DNA from: an uncultured Bacteroidales bacterium
GTDB taxonomy: Bacteria; Bacteroidota; Bacteroidia; Bacteroidales; WCHB1-69
Direction of reading: 5' to 3'
NCBI GenBank assembly: GCA_946186495.1
Contig: CAMHNQ010000008.1
Span: forward strand, 17,959 to 81,958
DNA length: 64,000 nucleotides
The translations under genes were made by a program, and so were the position numbers. How positions within the stretch are numbered: the first letter of the stretch is position 1; the number at the start of each line of letters is the position of its first letter. This document shows positions 20,585 to 29,378 of this stretch, in pieces. The notes under the pieces are model-generated. The model had not been told where the DNA came from. It saw nothing but the letters and a program-made list of their open reading frames with translations, and did no database searches.

Positions 20585-20816
20585 ATAACGGACACTTTGA
20601 AATTCAGAGATAAGTTTCTTAACAACCTGATAATTAGGCGATATAGTCTCTTTTTTGCTTTAATATCCTGTATATCAGCAAAATGTGAATCAATTAAGCG
20701 TTTTAAAGGTTTTTTTGGAGGGTTTGCGTAATAAAAGCCTTCGCAAGTGCGACTAACCTTATGTAAGTAGAACCCTTTTCTGGTTTAGACAAGTAAATAA
20801 TATTAATAGTAACAGT

Positions 20817-21269
20817 ATGAAAAAGACAGCATTGACAATGATGATGATGGGCGTGATGCTCATCGGGTTCGCGCAGCGGCATATTCCCATGAGCGAATAT
20901 TACGTGGCACCGGAGTTGCGGGAGGAGCTGACATCCGCCGTGGTGGACGATCTTCTGGCCAACAATCCGGAGGAACTGGTGCGGACGAGTTACACGATGT
21001 TCAACTATGCGTTGGTCGTTGCCAAGTTATGGGACGGCAATTTCCAGCAAATGGGCGCATTAGAGCAGTATCTTCCCGAGGGTATGACCTATTTGGAGGA
21101 GGACATGATTCAGAAAGGATATGTCAACCCCTACAAGTGGAACCTGCCTCAGGACACGTATCGCTACAACCTTTACAAATTGCGCCGCGAAGGCTATTAT
21201 GTGGTTGTGATGCCCAAGGTGATTTGGGATGAACGGCTAAATGCGCATTTACGTCAGTTTGGTTTTTAA
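20817..21269 (+). CDS. Small secreted hypothetical protein (150 aa)
   Basis: It has the signal peptide MKKTALTMMMMGVMLIGFAQ and ends 15 nt before the next gene, so it is probably co-transcribed. No family was recognised. Confidence 0.6.
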   Translation: MKKTALTMMMMGVMLIGFAQRHIPMSEYYVAPELREELTSAVVDDLLANNPEELVRTSYTMFNYALVVAKLWDGNFQQMGALEQYLPEGMTYLEEDMIQKGYVNPYKWNLPQDTYRYNLYKLRREGYYVVVMPKVIWDERLNAHLRQFGF

Positions 21270-21284
21270 GAAAATTTCGGAAAG

Positions 21285-24155
21285 ATGAAAAAGATAGTAG
21301 CTCTATTTGCAATAATATGCGGCCTTGTGTCGCTTCAAGCCCAGGTAATCACGCTGGGTGTCAGTACGCAGACCTCTGTGACCGGTTGCTCGGTATCCGT
21401 CTATGATAACGGCGGCCTCAATGGGGATTACAGCCCCAATATGGACAATTACGTCACCATCTGCTCCAATGACGCGAACAATCACTCAGTAAGAGTGAAC
21501 ATTAATCTGGCTTCTTTCGATGTGGATTGTTCTGACACGCTGTTTATCTATGACGGACAATCTGTCAACGACCCGTTGTTGGTTGCGTTGACCAATTGCA
21601 TCACCGATTCGATTTCGGCCACAACCTTGTCGTATGCGGCTACGGTGTACAATACTTCAGGATGTTTGACCATCCGCTTCAAGACGGACGGTCAGGATGA
21701 AGGAGCCGGTTTTGCCATCACTACGGACTGTGTTCGCCCTTGCCAGCGTATCAATGTGACCCTTGACACGTTGTTGAGCAGCAAGTATCCGAAAATAGAC
21801 ACGACCGACGGTTACCTTTACCTGGACGTCTGCCCCTATGATACCATCCACTTGGTCGCCAAAGGCGATTACATAGACAATGGCTACAGCTATTATCAGT
21901 CGGATGCCACAAGCACGTTCCATTGGGATATGAGTTGGGAAACTATTGACACGCTGGGTGGTTCTGCAATTGACTATATATTTCCCGAGGGGCGCGGTTA
22001 TGATGTGGCCATCTCCATTTCCGATAGTGCTGGATGTGAGTCTTATATACCATACACCTTCCGCGTGAGAACCTCTTCCAACCCGATTCGCGAGGTGCTC
22101 GATTTCCCCGCTGTCTGTGCGGGAAGCGAAGTGGAACTCACCGTGGGCTACGACTTCCTGTCCGCTTTGCAGGTTGACACGGTGGGTAGTGAGCAAATCA
22201 CCGCGCTTTCTGTAAGTGATACGGTCTTCTTGCCCGACGGCGTGCCCTGTAACAATGGTGCCGAGGCGACCGGCCAACTGCAATATTGTTCCTACATCTC
22301 TCCGGTCACGTTCACCAGTTTTTCCCCAGCCGCCACGATACAGTCAGCCAACGATATTTTGTTCGTACGTGTTAAATTGGAACATTCTTGGGTGGGTGAC
22401 ATCTGGATTAGGCTGATATGTCCGAACCAGCAGTATGTCTCTATTTTGAAAAAGTATAATTCGGGTCAGACAGCATGTGCTGCCGTTATTCCTGCTTCCG
22501 AGTGGGGCTGGAATGGTTCGGGAACCACAAGTGCCTACTTTGGCGAAGCTCATGACCAATCCTCAGGATGCAATCCTCTCAATAGTTCAAACCAGATGGG
22601 TATCCCGTGGAACTATTGCTGGTCCAATGCTACCAACCAGGGATATCAGTATGCGCCGGGCAATTATGTGTATAACAGCGCTTCTATCCATAATGGAAAA
22701 ATAGACTCCACAAATGTCGCCAATATGACGAATGTGTACCATCCCGACGGCTCTTTCGCCAACTTGATTGGTTGTCCGATGAACGGAACCTGGAGTATTG
22801 AAGTGATGGATGGCTGGGGCGGTGACAACGGCTGGATGACTGAATGGGAAATAGCCCTTGATCCTGCGCTTCTGCCCCAAGACTGGTCCTACAATGTGCT
22901 TGTGGACAGTTCCTGGGTGGTTGGACCTGGCGCCAACGGCCCCGTTGTGATCCCGGATACGGCCGGTCATATCGAGTATCAGCTTTTTGTGCGGGACGAG
23001 TTGGGTTGCATCTATGACACGACTAACCACATGGAGGTTGTCGGGCACCCCGAGCCGGACCTCGGCCCCGACTACAACATCTGCTACGGTGACATTACCA
23101 AGCTTGCCGTGAACTACGACCAGGGAGGAGCCGCCGGCCAGACGACTGTCTATCAATGGAACACTGGTGACGAGACCGATTCAATTGAGGTCCTGACTGC
23201 GGGAGAGTACTATGTGAACGTGACCACGACCAGTGAAAACGGTTTGTCTTGTTCGGGTACGGATACCATCAACATCGGCATTTTCGAGCGGCCGGTGCTG
23301 GATTTCGATGCTCCTGAACTTTCAGGCTGCGCCCCTTTGAACGTTCGTATCCAGAACAATTCCACACCCGTGGACGGCCAATATGAATGGTATATCCTCG
23401 TCTTTGATGAATATGGCAACTCCCGTCTCGCTTACAGTTCCCTGCAAACTTCCCCCGTCTTCCAGTTCAATGAACCCGGCACCTATTCCATCTTGATGAA
23501 AGTGACCACTCCCGATGGCTGTAAGGACTCCCTCATGATGTGGAATGCCATCGAGGTGAACCCGCAGCCGATAGCCGAGTTTGAAGCTGACCCCTTTGTC
23601 TCTATGCTCAGTGAGAACGGGGGAGTGGTGAATTTCATCAACTATGCCGACCAGGCCATGGTGACGGGAGGAAACGGAAGCTTCTATTGGGACTTCGGTG
23701 ATGGAACAATCGACTCGGTGAACTTCTCTGAACCTCATGTTTACACTACGTGGGGCGACTACGATGTCACCCTGCATGTCCAGAGCAATTCTGGTTGCAG
23801 CAGCGAGATTACACATACGATTGTCATCGAACAGGATTTGGTATTCCCCAATATCATCACTCCGAACGGAGACGGAATTAACGATGTGTTCGCCATTGAG
23901 AACCTGAACACGAACGTCAATGCAGAGGATCCCGACGGATACCGTAACAATCGTCTTAAAATACACGACAGATGGGGCAAGAAAGTATTTGATGCCAAAA
24001 ATTACGATACTTACGCAAAAGACGGCACCATCTATCCCGGAAGTCAGGTTTTCGACGGCACCGGCCTTGCGGACGGCACCTATTACTATTCTTTCGAGTA
24101 TAAGGGAAAAGCCAAGACCATCACATTCAACGGGTCGATTACGATTGTAAGATAG
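21285..24155 (+). CDS. 956-aa secreted protein: CUB-like + proprotein-convertase P-domain-like + PKD + type B T9SS (gliding-motility CTERM) domain
   Basis: Signal peptide MKKIVALFAIICGLVSLQAQ. A CUB-like segment lies at about 21380-21730. The P-domain-like segment (about 22330-22870) contains HSWVGDIWIRLICP and GTWSIEVMDGWGGDNGWMTEWEIAL. A PKD motif (FYWDFGDGT...HVYTTWGDYDVTL) follows. The C-terminus reads FPNIITPNGDGINDVF...HDRWGKKVF...GTYYYSF. Confidence 0.85.
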   Translation: MKKIVALFAIICGLVSLQAQVITLGVSTQTSVTGCSVSVYDNGGLNGDYSPNMDNYVTICSNDANNHSVRVNINLASFDVDCSDTLFIYDGQSVNDPLLVALTNCITDSISATTLSYAATVYNTSGCLTIRFKTDGQDEGAGFAITTDCVRPCQRINVTLDTLLSSKYPKIDTTDGYLYLDVCPYDTIHLVAKGDYIDNGYSYYQSDATSTFHWDMSWETIDTLGGSAIDYIFPEGRGYDVAISISDSAGCESYIPYTFRVRTSSNPIREVLDFPAVCAGSEVELTVGYDFLSALQVDTVGSEQITALSVSDTVFLPDGVPCNNGAEATGQLQYCSYISPVTFTSFSPAATIQSANDILFVRVKLEHSWVGDIWIRLICPNQQYVSILKKYNSGQTACAAVIPASEWGWNGSGTTSAYFGEAHDQSSGCNPLNSSNQMGIPWNYCWSNATNQGYQYAPGNYVYNSASIHNGKIDSTNVANMTNVYHPDGSFANLIGCPMNGTWSIEVMDGWGGDNGWMTEWEIALDPALLPQDWSYNVLVDSSWVVGPGANGPVVIPDTAGHIEYQLFVRDELGCIYDTTNHMEVVGHPEPDLGPDYNICYGDITKLAVNYDQGGAAGQTTVYQWNTGDETDSIEVLTAGEYYVNVTTTSENGLSCSGTDTINIGIFERPVLDFDAPELSGCAPLNVRIQNNSTPVDGQYEWYILVFDEYGNSRLAYSSLQTSPVFQFNEPGTYSILMKVTTPDGCKDSLMMWNAIEVNPQPIAEFEADPFVSMLSENGGVVNFINYADQAMVTGGNGSFYWDFGDGTIDSVNFSEPHVYTTWGDYDVTLHVQSNSGCSSEITHTIVIEQDLVFPNIITPNGDGINDVFAIENLNTNVNAEDPDGYRNNRLKIHDRWGKKVFDAKNYDTYAKDGTIYPGSQVFDGTGLADGTYYYSFEYKGKAKTITFNGSITIVR

Positions 24156-24214
24156 GAATTTGAATCTTAGGACTGCGATTTCCTAAGTAAATAAGGTTAA
24201 TGATTTTTTTGAGA

Positions 24215-24250
24215 AAGCGAGGTGCGGGGTTTGCACCTCGCTTTTTTTGT
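24215..24250. terminator. Bidirectional terminator between convergent genes
   Basis: Hairpin AAGCGAGGTGC-GGGGTT-GCACCTCGCTT with a 3' T-run, sitting between the stop at 24155 (+) and the stop at 24261 (-). Confidence 0.75.
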
Positions 24251-24260
24251 CGGTTAGGGT

Positions 24261-27200
24261 TTAGGAGTTCTCGATGAGGAAGTGCAGGCGGTTGAAGACA
24301 TTGGCTTCAGAGGTGCCGCCGTCGAAATCGAGGAAAAGCAGGTTCACGTCAGGATAAAGCTTCCTCATCTTCTTTTCGATGCCTTTGGAAATGATATGGT
24401 TCGATATACAGGCGAATGGTTGCAGGCTGATGATGTTCTTCACGCCGTCTTCCGCCAAGGAGGACATCTCCGCCGGAATCAGCCATCCCTCGCCGAAGTT
24501 GGCCGCCATGTTGACGATACGCGATGCCAGTTTCGCCTCGTGGAACATGTCTGCGAAGGGGCGGTAGAACGGGAATGCCTGGCAAGCTTCGTCATACGAC
24601 TTGGCATAGCGGAAGAGGATTTTATATACGACATCGGTGAGGAACAGCGGCAAATCCACGGGCTTGATATGGTTCTCCTTGTTGATGTGCCGGTTCACGA
24701 AACTGTTGACGAAGAAATTGTAGATGGACGGCGCCACCACTTCCACTCCCTGCTCGGCTAACCAGTCGAGGACGTTGAGATGTCCGAAGGAGTTGTATTT
24801 GATGTAGATTTCGCCGACCACGCCGACTTTCGGGAGTCTCTTTTCGGTGTCGATGTTGGCGGTGAATTCCGCCGCGGCCTGCTTCATCAGCCGTTTCATG
24901 CCGCGATAGTCGCGGGCTTCGATGAGCGGAAGGCAGAGTTCTATGTATTTCTGATGCAATGTTTTGGCGATGCCGGGCTGCTTTTCGCGAGGGCGCGAGG
25001 CGTAGTAGATGCGCGACAGGCAGTCGGAATAGAGCAGTGTGCAGACGGCCGGTAGGGCCAGTGATTTGGCGTCGAAGGTGAAGCCAGGCTGCTCGTTGGC
25101 GAGGGTGTTGCCTAACGCCATGGAGAGCACGGGCACGTTTTCGAAGCCGGCAGCCACCAAGGCCTTCTTGATCAGCATGATGTAGTTGGTGGCGCGGCAT
25201 TGTCCTCCCGTCTGCGTGATGATAACCGCCGTCTCGTCCAACGGGTATTCCCCGCTTTGCAGTGCCTTCAGCAGGCTGCCCACCACGATGGTGGCTGGGT
25301 AGCAGACCTCGTTGTTGGCATACTGCAGGCCGAGATCGACGCACTCCTTGTCGCCGAGCGGCAGGTTGATGAGGTTATAGCCGGCCATCTTGAACACCGT
25401 CGGGAGAAATTCCGAGTAGCCTCCGGCGAAGTAGGGTCCGAGGATGGTGCGTTTGCGATCGGCGACGGTGAAAGGCGGGGTGGTGACGTAAGGCTTGTTG
25501 ACTTTCTCCTGATGGTTGAATTTGAGACTCTCCACCATCGAGCGTACGCGCAGGTGCAGGGAGCCGATGTTGTTGACGTCATCGACTTTCAGCAGGGTGA
25601 AACTCTTGCCCTTGCGATCAAGTATGTCGTGGGTTTCGTCGATAATAAACGCATCGGGACCGCAGCCGAAGGAGGTGATCATCATGAAGTGCACGTTGTC
25701 GTGGCTGTTGGCGACGTAATGGGCGGCCTTGAATACGCGGTTCGGGTAAGTCCACTGCGTGACGGCCATCAGTTCGCGATAGACTGCCGCGTCCGCGTCG
25801 CCTGCCACGAATTCCGTCACCACATCGATGCCCATATCGGCGATGCAGTCGGAGATTTTGTGCTGGATGAGTGGGTCTGAGTGATAGGGCCGGCCGGCGA
25901 GGACCACCACCATGCGCCCCTCCTTCTTCGCTTTGGCTACCACTTCTGTGGCTTCGGTGTGCAACTCTTCCAGGTATTCCTTTTGGGCAACGATGGCCAA
26001 ATCCACCGCTCTGTTAGCTGCTGATTTGCTGATTCCCAGTGTTTTGAGGTATGAAATGCAGCCTTTCCTGAGATAGTCCTCGTTATTCATGGAGATGATG
26101 GGTGCATCGGTGGGGATGCCGAAGCGCTCCTCCGTGTCGATGGCGTTGCGTACCACGTCGGAGTAGCCAGCTACGATGGGGCAGTTGTAGCTGTTGCGGG
26201 CTTGGCTGTCGGAGGGTGCCTCCATGACGATGAAAGGGTAGAAGATGCGGTCCACTTTTTGACGGGCCAGGTCGAAAATGTGCCCGTGCATTAGTTTGGC
26301 GGGGAAACAGATGTTCTCCGACATCACGGTGTGGATGCCCTTTTCGTATTGCTTCACTGTGGAAGGCCCGGAAATCACGGTGCGGATGCCGCAGGCGTGG
26401 AACAGCGCGTGCCAGAAAGGGTAGAGCTCGAACATGCCGAGGGCGCGCGGGATGCCGATTATCGGTTTGCCGGCCGCGTCGTTGAGCAGTGGGCGCCGGA
26501 ACAGCATCTTCAGCCGCCTGTGGTGCTGGTTGAACCCTTTCGTCTGCACTTCCGTGTGGTTTGTGTATATCTTTTCGCAGTTGTTGCCGGCGTAGAATGT
26601 CTGTCCGTTGGAGAAATGGTACTCCAGGACGGTGCAGTGGTTGGGGCAGCCGGGGCATACTTGCTGTTTGTTCTCAAACTGTTGAATGGAGAGCAGGTCG
26701 TCGAGGGAGAGTACCTTGGTGACCTCCTGTTCGCGGGCGTAGAGAGCGCATCCGTAGGCTCCCATCAGCTCGGGAATGTCGGCGAAGCGCACGTCCTTGC
26801 CGGTGAGTAGCTCCAAGGCGCGCACTACGGCGAGGTTCTTGAAAGTGCCGCCTTGCACCACAAGGTAGTCGCCGAGTTCTTCCATTTTTCGTAATTTTAA
26901 CACTTTGAACAGACAGTTCTTGATGACGGAGTAGGCGAACCCGGCGGAAATGTCTTCTGCGGAAGTCCCCTCGCGCATGGCTTGTTTCACTTTGGAATTC
27001 ATAAACACGGTGCAACGGGTGCCCAAGTCGTAGGGGTGCTTGGCCTCGCAGGCGATGCGGGCGAAGTCGGCCACCGTGTAGCCCAGCATCTTGGCGAACG
27101 TCTCGATGAAGGAACCGCAGCCGGAAGAACAGGCTTCGTTGATTTCTAATCTCCGGATGGCCTGGTTTTCCACGAAGATGGCTTTCATGTCCTGGCCGCC

Positions 27201-28493
27201 GATGTCGAGGATGAAAGAGACCTCGGGCGACACGCGTTTGGCACCGAGGTAGTGGGCCATAGTCTCCACCACACCGTGGTGCAGCCCGAAAGCCGTTTTT
27301 AACAAATTTTCACCGTAACCGGTGACCGCGCTATTGAGAATGTTCGGCTCGAAATCGTGCTCTTTGCAGGCCTTCGCGAACCGTTTCAGCGACCCGTGAA
27401 ACGCCTCGAAGCTGTTGCCGTTGTTGGAGCAGTAGTCGGAGAAGAGAATGCGCCCCTCCGTGTCCAACACCACGAACTTGGTGGTGGTGGAACCGGAGTC
27501 GATGCCGATATAGACTTCGTTGCTCTTCACCTCGTCCCAGCCCACGCGCGACACGAAGAAGTTCTGCTTGTCGGTTTTCCACTGCTCGAAATGCTGTTTG
27601 TCGGTAAACAACGGTTCGAGACGGTTGGAGAGCAGTCGCGATTCGTCGCCCATGGCCTGGTCGTGGACGGTGCGGATGAAGTCGGCCACCCGCATCGGTT
27701 TCGGACAGGCTGTCTGACTCATTAGGGCTGCGCCGTGGGCAGGCACCACGCGGGCGTCAGGTACGGCCACGCAGTCGTCCTCCGTGAGTCGCAGGTTTTC
27801 CAGGAACACCTGCTTCAGCTTGGGCAGGAAGGCGAAAGGACCTCCGCAGAAGAAGACAGGGGACTGCACATCGACTCCGCGTGAAAGTGTGCCCAACACT
27901 TGAAGGCACACGGCGTGAAACACCGAAAGGGCGACATCGGCCTTGCTGACGTTGCGGGCCAGCAGGTTCTGTATGTCGGTCTTGGAGAACACGCCGCATC
28001 TCGATGCGATAGGGTAAACGCGCTCGGCCTGTTCGGCCAGCGTGTTCAGCTCTGCGGTGTCAACGTTGAGCAAGCTGGCGGTCTGGTCAATAAAAGCACC
28101 GGTGCCGCCGGCGCAGTTGCCGTTCATGCGGATGTCGGGCATGCGGCCTTTGTCGAAGAAAATCATCTTGCTGTCCTCGCCCCCGATGTCGATGAAGGTG
28201 CGGGTTTGCGGGAACGACTCCTTGACGAGCGTGGCGGCGGAAATCACCTCCTGCACGAACGGGAATCCCCATAGGTCGGCATAGCCCATGCCGACGGACC
28301 CGGTGACGGCCACACGGACCGTTGCGTCGGCAAAACGTTCCGCAACGGGTTGCAACACCGTGTGCACGGTTTCCCGCACGTTCATGTTGTGTCGGCGGTA
28401 ATCGGCGTGAAGTATCTGGTTTTCAGTGTCTAACACCACGATTTTTACAGTGGTGGAACCGATGTCTATTCCAATTCTCAGATTTTTCTCCAT
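24261..28493 (-). CDS. 1,410-aa fusion: two BcrAD/BadFG-type (2-hydroxyacyl-CoA dehydratase activase-like) ATPase domains + dehydratase-like/DUF2229-type C-terminal region
   Basis: There are two ASKHA ATPase starts, RIGIDIGSTTVKIVVLD and YIGIDSGSTTTKFVVLD. Each is followed by a cluster-ligand motif (GNCAGGTGAFIDQ and NEACSSGCGSFIE). A Cys-rich linker (CPGCPNHC) and a C-terminal region of about 750 aa complete the protein. Confidence 0.85.
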   Translation of the reverse strand: MEKNLRIGIDIGSTTVKIVVLDTENQILHADYRRHNMNVRETVHTVLQPVAERFADATVRVAVTGSVGMGYADLWGFPFVQEVISAATLVKESFPQTRTFIDIGGEDSKMIFFDKGRMPDIRMNGNCAGGTGAFIDQTASLLNVDTAELNTLAEQAERVYPIASRCGVFSKTDIQNLLARNVSKADVALSVFHAVCLQVLGTLSRGVDVQSPVFFCGGPFAFLPKLKQVFLENLRLTEDDCVAVPDARVVPAHGAALMSQTACPKPMRVADFIRTVHDQAMGDESRLLSNRLEPLFTDKQHFEQWKTDKQNFFVSRVGWDEVKSNEVYIGIDSGSTTTKFVVLDTEGRILFSDYCSNNGNSFEAFHGSLKRFAKACKEHDFEPNILNSAVTGYGENLLKTAFGLHHGVVETMAHYLGAKRVSPEVSFILDIGGQDMKAIFVENQAIRRLEINEACSSGCGSFIETFAKMLGYTVADFARIACEAKHPYDLGTRCTVFMNSKVKQAMREGTSAEDISAGFAYSVIKNCLFKVLKLRKMEELGDYLVVQGGTFKNLAVVRALELLTGKDVRFADIPELMGAYGCALYAREQEVTKVLSLDDLLSIQQFENKQQVCPGCPNHCTVLEYHFSNGQTFYAGNNCEKIYTNHTEVQTKGFNQHHRRLKMLFRRPLLNDAAGKPIIGIPRALGMFELYPFWHALFHACGIRTVISGPSTVKQYEKGIHTVMSENICFPAKLMHGHIFDLARQKVDRIFYPFIVMEAPSDSQARNSYNCPIVAGYSDVVRNAIDTEERFGIPTDAPIISMNNEDYLRKGCISYLKTLGISKSAANRAVDLAIVAQKEYLEELHTEATEVVAKAKKEGRMVVVLAGRPYHSDPLIQHKISDCIADMGIDVVTEFVAGDADAAVYRELMAVTQWTYPNRVFKAAHYVANSHDNVHFMMITSFGCGPDAFIIDETHDILDRKGKSFTLLKVDDVNNIGSLHLRVRSMVESLKFNHQEKVNKPYVTTPPFTVADRKRTILGPYFAGGYSEFLPTVFKMAGYNLINLPLGDKECVDLGLQYANNEVCYPATIVVGSLLKALQSGEYPLDETAVIITQTGGQCRATNYIMLIKKALVAAGFENVPVLSMALGNTLANEQPGFTFDAKSLALPAVCTLLYSDCLSRIYYASRPREKQPGIAKTLHQKYIELCLPLIEARDYRGMKRLMKQAAAEFTANIDTEKRLPKVGVVGEIYIKYNSFGHLNVLDWLAEQGVEVVAPSIYNFFVNSFVNRHINKENHIKPVDLPLFLTDVVYKILFRYAKSYDEACQAFPFYRPFADMFHEAKLASRIVNMAANFGEGWLIPAEMSSLAEDGVKNIISLQPFACISNHIISKGIEKKMRKLYPDVNLLFLDFDGGTSEANVFNRLHFLIENS

Positions 28494-28534
28494 AAATATT
28501 TTTGGCTCGCGAAAATACGATTTTTTGATGAAGG

Positions 28535-28569
28535 GTGATTAGTGATTGGTGATTAGTGGTTGGGAGTTG
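28535..28569. repeat. Heptamer tandem array GTGATTA GTGATTG GTGATTA GTGGTTG GGAGTTG
   Basis: Read directly from the sequence. The array overlaps the last codons and the stop of the TetR gene on the minus strand (…TPTPNH*). Related arrays occur at 52549-52576 and 48022-48035. Confidence 0.8.
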
Positions 28570-29182
28570 GGGTCAGTCGGTTCAGGATGAGGGCGATGTT
28601 TTCCTGTTTCCTTTTTTCGTAGTATTTTTTGTCACATTTCTGGCATTCGATTTTGTGCAGGGTGGGGGCGGCAAGGTGGAAGAAGAGATTCAGGGCCAGA
28701 ATGTCTTCTAAGAGCATTCGTGCGTCGGTTTGAATGATGGCACCTTTGGCCGCTGTTCGGTCAAGTTCCTCCTGCAATGCCGATGATAGTTGCCTAAGTC
28801 CTGCTTGCACGGCTGCTTTGATTTCCTCAAACAGCTCGGGATGCCGTTCCATCTCCTGAAACTGGAAACGGAGGTAGTCGGCGTTCTCCATGACGAAGTC
28901 GAAATGCTTTCCGATGATTTCGCTCAGTTTTTCCAGGAGGCCATTGTCCGAATCCGTCCAGCTGACGAGGATGGCTTGCCGCAAAAGGTCTATTTTCTGC
29001 TGTACCACGCATTTGAATAGCTCCTTTTTGGTCTTGAAGTGATAGTGGAGCAGAGAATGGCCTATGCCGGCTTTTTCGGCGATTTCCATCGTGCGGGCCC
29101 CGTCATATCCTTTCGCCACAAACTCCTCCTGCGCCGCCTTTAGTATGGCGAGTTTTTTGCTATCTTTTTGCTTGTCAGACAT
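28553..29182 (-). CDS. TetR/AcrR family transcriptional regulator
   Basis: The start is at the internal ATG (MSDKQKDSKKLAILKAAQEEFVAKGYDGARTMEIAEKAGIGHSLLHYHFKTKKELF, a canonical TetR HTH). The track start 29230 would overlap the operator and promoter. Confidence 0.85.
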   Translation of the reverse strand: MSDKQKDSKKLAILKAAQEEFVAKGYDGARTMEIAEKAGIGHSLLHYHFKTKKELFKCVVQQKIDLLRQAILVSWTDSDNGLLEKLSEIIGKHFDFVMENADYLRFQFQEMERHPELFEEIKAAVQAGLRQLSSALQEELDRTAAKGAIIQTDARMLLEDILALNLFFHLAAPTLHKIECQKCDKKYYEKRKQENIALILNRLTPTPNH

Positions 29183-29208
29183 ATATACGTATTTCTTTGA
29201 AAGAATAC

Positions 29209-29222
29209 TGACAAAATTGTCA
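29209..29222. promoter_or_regulatory. Candidate TetR operator palindrome TGACAA-AA-TTGTCA
   Basis: Perfect 6-bp arms lie between the minus-strand -7 box and the TetR ATG. A second palindrome, TTCTTT-G-AAAGAA, lies at 29194-29206. Confidence 0.4.
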
Positions 29223-29227
29223 AAGTG

Positions 29228-29235
29228 CAAAAATA
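29228..29235 (-). promoter_or_regulatory. -7 promoter box for the TetR-activase unit
   Basis: The reverse complement reads TATTTTTG, 46 nt upstream of ATG 29182. Confidence 0.45.
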
Positions 29236-29343
29236 AAAAAAATGCAGCACGATTTTTTTATTTTCCTCTGAAATTGTTGAGATACGCCATGGCAGGTCTC
29301 TACAGCGGCAATTCCATTTGTCTGTTTGTGTCCATAATTTATG

Positions 29344-29351
29344 TACATTTG
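29344..29351 (+). promoter_or_regulatory. -7 promoter box for the LTD protein gene
   Basis: TACATTTG lies just upstream of ATG 29361 and ATG 29379. Confidence 0.55.
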
Positions 29352-29378
29352 CACCCGAAAATGCACTTGGAAGATCTA

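Noticed and set aside
29064-29378. 5' extensions of track ORFs, which often start at TTG or GTG. Examples: 1100 (purH), 9337 (giant gene), 19298 (DUF1343), 29064 (LTD), 32567 (feoAB), 41700 (xylA), 44456 (152-aa protein), 53060 (FISUMP), 8168, 29230 and 46480.
   Set aside because: The extensions run across terminators, TAnnTTTG promoter boxes or the preceding gene. An internal ATG gives a proper signal peptide or the conserved family N-terminus in each case.
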